Origin: Blastocystis sp. Blastoise
Taxonomy: Eukaryota; Protista; Bigyra: Opalinata
NCBI GenBank assembly: GCA_039096225.1
Contig: JBBPEB010000004.1
Location: 62,001 to 126,000, forward strand
Direction of reading: 5' to 3'
DNA length: 64,000 nucleotides
Numbering within the stretch: the stretch's first letter is position 1; each line of letters opens with the position of its first letter. Under the pieces are notes generated by a model. That model was not told the origin of the DNA. It searched no databases and saw only the letters and a list, made by a program, of their open reading frames with translations. Below are positions 53,976 through 64,000 of this stretch, piece by piece. Both the position numbers and the translations under genes were made by a program.

Positions 53976-54391
53976 GTAATAATTTGGTTAATAATAATAA
54001 TAATAATAAAGCTACAATTGTTAAGAATAAAAGTAATAAGTCGATAAATTCAATAGATACAAATACAAATACAAATACAGATATTAATATTCCTCCTCAA
54101 CCTGTCTATACAACTCCTTCTGTTTCCTCTAAGAATTTATCTGAATCCTCTGAAGAAACAGAATTAACTAGAAGTGAGAGTGAAACAGATACTTCAGAAG
54201 ATGACATTATTTCTGTTGGCTCTAAACCAAATTATCAATCTCCATATACAAGTATACAATTAGAAAAACAATCCAAACCTTCTATTATTGACTCTGGAAA
54301 AGATGCTATCGTCAAAGTTGTTGATGCTGCTTCTGCTATATCAAATGTCTATAAAACTACAACAGACCCAGCTAACTGTACTATTTTCTAA
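51587..54391 (+). CDS. Divergent Ogt/MGMT-AlkA fusion paralogue with long low-complexity insertions
   Basis: Intronless; IPYG, NPIPILIPCHRV; S/T/P-rich linker; AlkA-like IVEQIISQ...LREVGIS with a degenerate HhH; poly-Asn tail. Confidence 0.8.
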
Positions 54392-54899
54392 ATATTTTTT
54401 AAATAATATCTATCTTATATCCTATTATTCCATTTCATAACTCTATTAATGATTCTTTTCCATATTGATATTTTTGCTCTCTATTTCCTTATCATTATTT
54501 AATATAATCTCTTCATTATATAATCAGATTTATGAACACTTTTATTCAATTTATTTTTTTTTCTTCCGCTTTTTTAATCCTATATACGTATATATACATA
54601 TTCATCTATTTGTGTATCTATTAATTTCTTTCTTTATATATATTTTATTCATTTCTTTAACTCTGAATTTCATGTGTTTTTCTTTGGTCCACAATAGTTG
54701 TTGTTAATCATATAAATGATATCTTTGCCTATTTCCTATTGTGTTTCTATTGCTTTAATAACTCTTTACAAAGTTTTACATGAAAAAGCAAGCATCTTAA
54801 TAAAAAAATAAATATTTTTTTTTGGCGCCATTATTGTTTTTCATAATTCTTGATTAATATAATTAATTAATTCTATTATATATATTTTTCAAGTTTATT

Positions 54900-56165
54900 A
54901 TGATGTCAACTCCTGGAAGCTATTATTATATTCGTCATTCAACCATACTTGGAACATTAACTTTTATTGAACATAATAAGAAACTAACAAATATACTTTT
55001 TGAAAAAGATGAAGTACCAGCAAGAATGATAAACAAAAAAACAAAGTTATTAGAAGAAGTATCGAATCAAATTGATTCGTATCTTGATGGAGAACGAAAA
55101 TCATTCACTATTCCTTTAGATCCAAAAGGGACTCCATTCATGCTATCTATTTATAAATCATTACAGAAAGTTCCATATGGAAAAGTCACTACATATGGTT
55201 CTCTTGCTTCATCAATCAATAATACAAAAGCAGTACGTGCTGTTGGAAGTGCACTTCATAAGAATCCAATACCCATTATTATACCTTGTCATCGAGTTAT
55301 TAATAAAAATGGTGATCTTGGTGAATTTGGTGGTGGCGTTCCTTTAAAGAAGATTCTTTTAAAATTAGAACATGTTACTATATCAAATAAGAATAAGATC
55401 GATTCTCAATTCTTAGATACTCCTCTAATTCTCAATAAAAAGAATGAACAAGAAGAACAAGTAACAACACCATCTAAAGATGAAAATAAGGATATATCTC
55501 AAGAATCAATTGAATTTAGTCTTCTATCTACTGTATTTGGAACATGTTCCTCTTTTTTAGAATATGATCAAACGGCATTAAATCATTTAACAATGGCAGA
55601 TCCTCAATTAGGTGAATACATTCAAGAAGTAGGAAAAATTGAAGTTCCTCTTTCTCCTGATCTCTTTCAAGCTTTAGTTGAATCTATTATAGCTCAACAA
55701 ATCTCAACAAAAGCTTCTAGAACGGTCAGCCAACGATTCTATTCAAAATTCAAACTATTAACACCACAAGCAATTCATAAATGTCCAGTTGAAGAAATTC
55801 AAAAATTAGGTGTATCTATGAGAAAAGCTGAATATATTAAATCAGCAGCCAGTGTATTTGTCAAGAAACGATATACAATAGACTATTTCGCAAATGAATC
55901 AGATGATGTTATTCTTAAAGACTTAACAGAAATTAAAGGAATCGGTACTTGGACTGTTGAAATGCTGATGATATTTTGTTTTGGAAGACTAGATATTCTT
56001 AGTTTGAATGATTTAACAATACGTTCTGCTATGGAACAATTACATCATGTTCGAAAAATAAGTAAAGATGATGTTGTAAATTACAAAGAATTGTATTCTC
56101 CATATAACTCAATTGCTTCTATTTATCTTTGGCAATATCTTTCGGCACATCCTAAAAAGAGATAA
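54900..56165 (+). CDS. O6-methylguanine-DNA methyltransferase fused to AlkA-type 3-methyladenine DNA glycosylase
   Basis: Intronless; VPYGKVTTYG, AVRAVGSA, NPIPIIIPCHRV (acceptor Cys); SIIAQQIS, LTEIKGIGTWT (HhH), DILSLNDL (catalytic Asp), PYNSIASIYLW. Confidence 0.92.
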   Translation: MMSTPGSYYYIRHSTILGTLTFIEHNKKLTNILFEKDEVPARMINKKTKLLEEVSNQIDSYLDGERKSFTIPLDPKGTPFMLSIYKSLQKVPYGKVTTYGSLASSINNTKAVRAVGSALHKNPIPIIIPCHRVINKNGDLGEFGGGVPLKKILLKLEHVTISNKNKIDSQFLDTPLILNKKNEQEEQVTTPSKDENKDISQESIEFSLLSTVFGTCSSFLEYDQTALNHLTMADPQLGEYIQEVGKIEVPLSPDLFQALVESIIAQQISTKASRTVSQRFYSKFKLLTPQAIHKCPVEEIQKLGVSMRKAEYIKSAASVFVKKRYTIDYFANESDDVILKDLTEIKGIGTWTVEMLMIFCFGRLDILSLNDLTIRSAMEQLHHVRKISKDDVVNYKELYSPYNSIASIYLWQYLSAHPKKR

Positions 56166-56672
56166 TTTTTTTTTATCAATTTTGATTTTTCTTTGTTTTC
56201 TATACTCATTTTTTTCTGACTTTTTTTGATGTTGTAATATATGATGCTGCTTCATGAAATACATTATTTTTTTATTTCTTTTTTATAATTCTTTTAAATT
56301 CATTTTGTAAATCTCTTTTTTGATTTCATTCTCTTTTTATACATTATATTTGTAAAATATATAAATAAAATTCATGTAGAAATTGATTTGCCTTTTAGAA
56401 ATTTCTATTTTTTTTTTTTTATTATTTTTATAAAAAAAAGAAAATTCACTTTTTTATTCACAAAAAGAATCTTTGTTCCAATAGTATTTCTGAGTTTTTT
56501 GTTACCATCCATAACCGCATGATTTCTAAAAATGTTTCGTTTCTCCCAATACTTTACGTTTTTCTCACGGATATCCTATTTATATCAAGAATTCATAGAT
56601 TCCATTATTCAATTTTGTTTTTCATACACATTCCTTTTTGACTATTTTCTGAATTACATTCTTAAAAAAGAA

Positions 56673-57194
56673 ATGATTCAAAAGTTGTTGGTTGTCTTTT
56701 TCTTGTTTTCCATTGCTTTCTCCGATGAGTTCCCTAAAGACAAAATGAACTCGGCATACATTCGTTTCTATACTAGCATGGACGGATTATCTCTTGAATT
56801 CCGTAATTCTGATTGCTATGATTGTCTTTTTGATAGAATTATGACTCTTTATCCTGGACAAAATACGTATGTACTATTATCGACACTTTTATACAAAAAT
56901 AAATATACATTTTGTTTTTCTTTTTATAGTACTTATCGTGAATTTGATATGCAGCATGAACTTGATTTCCGTGTTTCAAAAGATGGTGCTTCTTCCGAAT
57001 ATTCAAGATTATCATTCCAAGAATATGGTTGTTATACTGTTCACATTCCATCTTTTAACGAAACTGTATATATATTTTTTATTCTATTTTTTATTATTCT
57101 GATTCTTATATATATATAATGAATAATTATAATTCTTATTATATTTGATAAATATATAAAATTGTGTTCAAAAACATAGTTTTTAGAATAGTAA

Positions 57195-57248
<54 letters not shown>

Positions 57249-57803
57249 TGTCTATTTGGGTAGATAAACCTGGTCATGACTATGATACTGCTGCTTATTA
57301 TATGCTTGGAGGATCCTTATTACTCCTTGTTCTCTATATTATTGTATATATATATAGATATATATAGATAAACATTGTATAATTTATTATACATATATGT
57401 TTATATATCTTTTAGGGAGAAAACTTATATAAGAAGTATTATAAGAATAAATATCAACCCTTACAAACAGAAGAAACCAAAAAAGTATATACTTTTTAAT
57501 ATATATATATATATATATAGGCTGATGATAAAGCTAGTAAACGTGTTTTAACTATTGATATATCCTTATATATATATATATATATTATATTTATTGTTAA
57601 TGTTTTTTTGTTATTTCTTAACATGTCACGTGTATCGTGGAATATGGCTTCTCTTCATGATCTATTCGAACTTCGGTAACATATATATATATAATAATAA
57701 TATTGATTTGAAATACTATTTCTCATCTATCCTAGGAGGTGGTTGGTATTACTGGTGGCGTCACGTGGCGTATAACGGCACGTCCATGGCTGATTTGTGT
57801 TTC

Positions 57804-57881
<78 letters not shown>

Positions 57882-58462
57882 TTTCAATTATACCTATTCA
57901 TAAATAATATATATATATATATAGTTTTATGTTTTGTATGGGTTGTTCTCTTCGTCTTTCTATTAATAATAATCTTAAACAATTATATGCACAAGGTTAT
58001 TCAAGTTTGAAAGTGTTTACTAAAATATCATTTAAAGTATTACGTAGATGTATTGTTTTTGTTCTTTTCTGCTGGTTACAAAATGGAAATACTAATTTTA
58101 AAGATGCACGTCTTTTTGGAGTTATGGTTTATTTCGCTATTTCTTACTTCATTAACAGTTATATATTTATATTCCGTTATATGGTTAATAAACATTTCCC
58201 AAATACTCAAAAATATGAGTATTTATTATGTTGTTTATTATGTTTATTATTATGTTTATTATTATGTTTATTATTATTATTATGTTTATTATTATGTTTA
58301 TTATTATGTTTATTATTATTATATAGTCTTCTCTTTGAGCTTGTACCCATTCTCATCTGTTTCTTCACGTATGTTTCTATTTCTCTCTTTCTCTACTTAT
58401 ATATATATATATAGTAATTGGGGATTATCAGAATTCCTTCCTCTTCCAGAAGGATGCCCAAG

Positions 58463-58527
<65 letters not shown>

Positions 58528-59742
58528 CCCTCCATTTAGGTTACCGTGGTCCAGGTGGTAAGGGGGATCAGGGAAAATATCCTCATTGTACTGGGGGTGC
58601 TAATAGAATTATTGATATATCCACTTCTATATTATTTATTACTATTCATTATTATGTTTATTATTATTCTATTTCTTAATTATATACAATTACTTATTGG
58701 GTGAGAATCACGTGTATACTGGTACGTCATGTAAGCCATTATATAATTGTTTAAGTACAGATAGTGAAGGTGTGTTAGGATCGCTTAATGCAGCATGTAT
58801 TACCTATCTTGGATCTATTGTATATATATATATTATTGTATTATTATATTTATGATTATTGTAGTCAATTTATATATTATATATATATTAATATATTTGT
58901 CAATTATATATATAATATATATTCTATATAGGTTACCTATGTTTCTAATTATTATAAATCTCTTTCTGACAATAAGATTCGTCATCTTTCTCTTATTTCC
59001 TGGTGCTCCATTCTTGGTTTTTGTTGTTTACTCTTCGCGGGTATTTTATGTGGATTTAAACGTGATGGCGGGTATATGCCTATTAATAAGACATTATGGT
59101 CTACTTCATTCATTCTTTATGTTGCAGGATTAGATTTTATTATGTTCATCTTCGTCTATCTTCTGGTATTTATTATTATTATATTTATTATTATTATTAT
59201 TATACTTATTATTATATTTATTATTATATTATTATATTATATTTATTATACTTATTATTATATTATATTTATTATATTTATTTTTATTATATTATATTTA
59301 TTATATTTATTATTATTATATTTATTATTATTATATTATATTTATAATATTATTATATTATATTTATTATTATATTTATTATTATTATATTATAATATAA
59401 TATAAATAATATACTATACTATATATAGGTTGATGTTAATAAGGTTTGGTCTGGTTACCCCTTCCAGGCTGCCGGTATGAACCCTCTCATCGTATATATG
59501 ATCCATGAAATGTGCATGCATATTATGCCATTCGGGTATATATATATATATATATATATTATTTAAGAAAAATAAATTCTGCTATATCTCTTTCTCTCTC
59601 TATATATATATATATATATAGATATGATTTTGAAACAAAAGATCATCTTCATTATATGATTTCTCAATGGGTTATGGGATGTGGTGCATGGTTATGTATC
59701 GCGAACTATTTACGTAGAACAAAAACATTTATTAAAATATAA
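56673..59742 (+). CDS. HGSNAT: Heparan-alpha-glucosaminide N-acetyltransferase
   Basis: Signal peptide and luminal domain, RVLTID-VYRG, NFGGG, HVAYNG..ADLCFP, RLFGV, GCPRGYRGPGG, CTGGA, DSEG, PINKTLWS, GMNP; two AT-AC introns. Confidence 0.9.
57560..57629 (+). other. U12-type AT-AC intron (70 nt) in HGSNAT
   Basis: 5' ATATCCTT, branch point TTCTTAAC (57615-57622), 3' AC; removal restores RVLTID|VYRGI. Confidence 0.92.
58617..58687 (+). other. U12-type AT-AC intron (71 nt) in HGSNAT
   Basis: 5' ATATCCAC, branch point TTCTTAAT (58673-58680), 3' AC; removal restores GANRIID|NYLLGENHVY. Confidence 0.85.
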
Positions 59743-60319
59743 AAAATAAATTATTTTTGATATTTTTATTATGTTTTCCATTAATTTTTTGTTTTTGTTT
59801 AATAATCATGAATACAAAAGGATTCTTCACACAAATATATATATATATATATATTTCACAAACTACTACTATTCCAGTCACTGTTTATATTCATATAATA
59901 GACTATATTTATAATATACTAAATAATAAAGATTAGTATAAATATTGATAAAAATGTATAAATATACTAATGCATTGTTTTTATATTTCTGTATTATTTA
60001 AGAAAAATACAAAAACAATGAGTGTAATATACAATAAATAAAAAAAATACACATGTAATTTGTTTCATTATTTATTTTGTATTATAAATATAAATCTAAA
60101 TAACAAAACAATAAATATGATAAAAACATATAAATAAAGAACTACGAACATAACTTCTTTTGAATATAAATAGTTATATATATAATAATGTTACTCATAA
60201 AAGAAAGATGTAAGAGAATAGACATAAAAAGAAAGAAATAAAAAACGTGTTTGACTCAAAAAGCATCATTTTATTATATATATAGACAATATATATACTA
60301 TGTATATTATATAATATAT

Positions 60320-60580
60320 TTAGAGTTGTTTACATTTACAATAATATTCATAGGCTTCATCTGTTAAGTCTTGTCGACGTATATAGAACACACGTCTCTG
60401 TCCCTCACGCACCTGCTTCGTACATAACGACATAGTATATGCACCCATATTCTTAAAAAGGAGCCAATCCCCGTTGGGAAGAAGAGGAAGAGGAGCATTG
60501 TAATTCACTATATATATATATATATATAATTAAAGAGAAGAGAAGTATATATTGATATTGGTATATATTGATATAGATAT

Positions 60581-60677
<97 letters not shown>

Positions 60678-62491
60678 CAACTATCACAATATATATATAT
60701 ATATATACCAATTTCTTGTTTATGTTCTGAGGGCCCAACAAGTAAACAGTTATATACCTTCTTTTTCTCTTCTTCTTCTTGATTTCTCTTAAGATTTTTA
60801 TTAATATTAATAAATAGAGGTTCAGCACCATATATATAATCACATAAGAATCGATCTTTAAAACCACCTTCATAACCTTCATTTAATTGATATATAATAT
60901 CTTTCTTAATCTTATATCGTTCATTCTTCTCATGAATACTATATTTAGGAGCAATAGGAGCGTCTATTCTAAACGTAGGTAAAATATGACTTCCTTCAAT
61001 CTCTTTAACTTCATTCATAATATCTTTATTTATAATGGTTCTCTCTATAGTGACGCACATATGAACTGTACGGTCAACAAAATAACGACCAGGTTCAGCA
61101 ACGACTTCTACACCTTCTAAGCCGTACTTCTTAACGGCAGCATGTACAATATCCGCACGTTCTTGTAACTCTGTGTTATGATCTGTACCTAAATATCCAC
61201 TCCAACCACCTCCAAGATCTAAGAATGTAGTTATATATCCATATTCACGAGCTATCTTATCTACCTATATATATATATTGTTATTGCTATTATAAATAAT
61301 ATAATAAGTGTATTCTTTTCATTATATACTATTTATTATAAATACATATATTTATGAAGAATTCCATTAATAATTAATATATATATATATAAATACATAC
61401 TTGTGCAGCAGTATGAATGGCATTATCATAAGCATATCCATCACTACAACCACTTCCCACATGGAATGACACACCGATATAACGACCATTATACTCTTTA
61501 ATAGCTGCCATAATCGCGGGAATCTCAGAAATATGAGCACCAAATTTAGAGCCAAGAGGAACAGAAGAATGACTATAAAAGAATATATAAGATTTGAATA
61601 GAATAATAGAGAATAATATGAATCATAATCAAAATAATAAAATAATATATTTAATTTTCTTTTATTTATTGTCTTTATATAACAATACATATATATATAT
61701 AATAAAATACCTATCATCAACCCAGAGTCTTATAACGAGATTATATTCAGAGAACGAGTCACCTAATAGCATATACATCTTTTCTATTTCCTCCACACAA
61801 TCAATAGTAGATGTTAATACAGAGTTCTTCTGCATAAAACGAATACCATCGGCAGACTAGAAGAAGAAGAAGAATTATTATAATGAAATAATTAAATTAT
61901 AATAACGAAATAATTAGATTCATTGAATATAATATAAATATATAGAGAAAATACTTATTAGAATAAATAAAAGAAGAATTATAGCAGTTCATTAAATAAA
62001 TATGATATAATATGAAAATATAGAAATATTATTTATAAATAATACTAATATAATAATAATAATAAATATACCTTAATAGGATTAGCATAAATAACACGAT
62101 CTTGGCCAAGACCTGTTTTAAGAACAGCACTGATCTCATAAGGACTAGCACAATCATAACACATATTAGGAAATGTTGACATAAGATGGACGATAGCTGG
62201 CTCAGGATTACACTTTACAGCATAATAAGGTTGAACATCTTTGAATGTATGGAACCATTGTTTGTATTGATCAAGAATCATACTGCAATCAATGAAATAA
62301 TAAGTACCAACAAAATCATGAGATTGAATGTAATTTCTTGTGATATCCTCAACACTAATTTGGTCATCAACAACCTCAAGAGAAACCTTTTCAGTACTAT
62401 TCAGACTATCAACAAGAAATTTATCCAATAAACACTTATCAACAGACTCAATAGAATCCACCTTAGGATAGCCAGACGTGTAACGATGCAT
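60320..62491 (-). CDS. Ornithine decarboxylase homologue (fold-type III PLP) with an atypical C-terminal catalytic loop
   Basis: PYYAVKCN, YDCAS, IYANPIK, KFGA, SFHVGSG, LDLGGG, AEPGRYF, GDWLLFKNMGAYT; GPSEHKQE stands where GPTCDGLD is expected; 5 exons. Confidence 0.88.
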
Positions 62492-63033
62492 CTCCAAAAA
62501 GAAATTTCAGAAAGAAACCACCTATCGTTTAAAGAAAACCAAAAAAATGTATTTTATTCCAAAAAAAACGCATAACCCTTTTTCAGTGACGAGTCTCTCA
62601 TGAATACCACACATTAATCTACCTGAAATATGCTGAATTTATTTGAATGTTTATTGTGTTCTTTAACATTTTTTAACTTTAGAAACAATAATATAGCATA
62701 AAAAAATGCATAAAGTTTGTCTATGTGAATGTATGTGAGTTTATTTACTAGTTTAAATAAGTTAGGCTAAGAAATATATCATAAATAAACAAAACTTTAA
62801 AAAAATGTATAGATTATAGATTATGTATAAATTTCTTGAAAGAAGGGTATACATATTGATAGTTGACTTTATGATAAATCAGTAATATAATATGATCCTT
62901 TTCTTGAACAAAAAATATATATACAAATAAATATATGTAAAACTACTCAAACAGAAGAAATTTAAAAAAAAAAGTAAATAGTCAATTTTTAAATAATATA
63001 TATAAAAATTATTAGTAAATAATTATAATACAA

Positions 63034-63795
63034 TTAAGGGAATTGACTATTGGTACTAAGAATAATACCTACAATAATACCATAAATACCTAAAGCACTA
63101 GCAAAAATTTGAGCAATAAGTAATTTTGAGAATAGAGCATCATTTTGAGCATGAGCTAAAGCACATGAAGAGCCACAAATACCCACAGATATACTATAGA
63201 GAATAAAAGAATTAAAATAATATTTATAAAATATTTATATGATGAACTGTTGAATGAGAAGAATAGATATATTTTGATTTATATAGAGACATATTATATA
63301 AATCATATATATATAGAATAAATAATATAGAAATTATATATATATTATGCAATCAGAATACTTATAATATATATATATATACCCACTACAAATATTGGAG
63401 AGACCAACGGTGAGACCCGAGGCAAAAATGGAGTAAGCACAGTACCATAATAAATTATAATCATATCCTTTGGGAATACCAGAAGCATTGAATGTCAGAG
63501 GTACTTTTGTCACAAGAACAACAGCAATAATAACACCATAAATGGCATTAGCTTCACAGAAAATAATACTAATCAAGTTCTTAGAACGAATACGAGGTGA
63601 CTTGACAGTAGCACCCATGAGAGAAGAAGCTGCGGTGAAAATACCCCAAGCTGCACCAATGACAGATAAGCAAAGACCACAAGCAATACCAACAAATGCA
63701 AATGTATAAGGAGATATATTAAAGAACACATCTTCCCAATTGGAATTGTGTAAATTGACGATCTTTTCAGTTGTTTCTGGAATAATAAAAGACAT
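63034..63795 (-). CDS. VMA16: V-ATPase proteolipid subunit c'' (21 kDa)
   Basis: SVIGAAWGIF, PRIRSKNLISIIFCEANAIYG, GLTVGLSN, second exon VGICGSSCALA...IFASALGIYG; TAA 63034-63036. Confidence 0.93.
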
Positions 63796-64000
63796 TTCTA
63801 AAGATATTAAAGAAAATAAATATGTGAATCTTAATGAATTCAGTCAGAATTTTTGGTTTAAGAAACCTATAATCAAAAAACAACTCTATGCTGAAAAGTA
63901 TTTCAGAATTTTTTTGTTTTAAGACAAATTCATAAATGATTGAAAATGACTTAAAGAAAAAACAAAAGAAGAAAGGATTGATTCACTCTAATTTCTGTAA

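Noticed and set aside
51587-56165. Ogt-AlkA genes as bacterial contamination
   Set aside because: AT content, poly-Asn tracts and flanking T-rich UTR-like sequence match the host, and they sit between intron-containing eukaryotic genes; read-level confirmation is still advisable.
62504-62512. In-frame TTC TGA just upstream of the ODC ATG as a selenocysteine or readthrough site
   Set aside because: No in-frame upstream start supports it and no SECIS-like element is recognisable.
63100-63125. Glu-to-Gln change in the last helix of V-ATPase c''
   Set aside because: The proton-carrying Glu of c'' is the one in IFCEA, which is intact.

Overview
Very AT-rich, gene-dense nuclear DNA from a eukaryote using the standard genetic code. 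I reconstructed about 24 protein-coding genes by hand, with roughly 100-120 short spliceosomal introns that are often packed with microsatellites; most ORF-track entries are artefacts of those repeats. Recognisable genes: TAF10, a HydE-like radical-SAM protein with an apparent organellar presequence, a GOLD-domain protein, a C13 legumain, a WKF-domain protein, a DHHC palmitoyltransferase, Lsm14/Scd6, a PTGES2-like GST-fold protein, a WD40-like protein, a DUF1624-like acyltransferase, an STE20-group kinase, Rpn6, a stefin-like protein, a CCCH-finger Cid1/TUT-family nucleotidyltransferase, a CRAL-TRIO+PH protein, two tandem intronless Ogt-AlkA fusions, HGSNAT, an ODC homologue and V-ATPase c''. 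The content suggests an anaerobic gut protist with a hydrogen-producing mitochondrion-related organelle, possibly Blastocystis-like (inference only). Main highlights: (1) three AT-AC U12-type introns with matching branch points, all phase 0; (2) a 193-bp hAT-type MITE with a perfect 8-bp target-site duplication; (3) a bacterial-type Ogt-AlkA fusion pair with one copy degenerated; (4) an ODC lacking Cys360/Asp361 behind out-of-frame uORFs; (5) legumain splice junctions that look overwritten by mRNA sequence (artefact or biology). CDS coordinates are whole spliced-gene spans from manual reading and are unverified.
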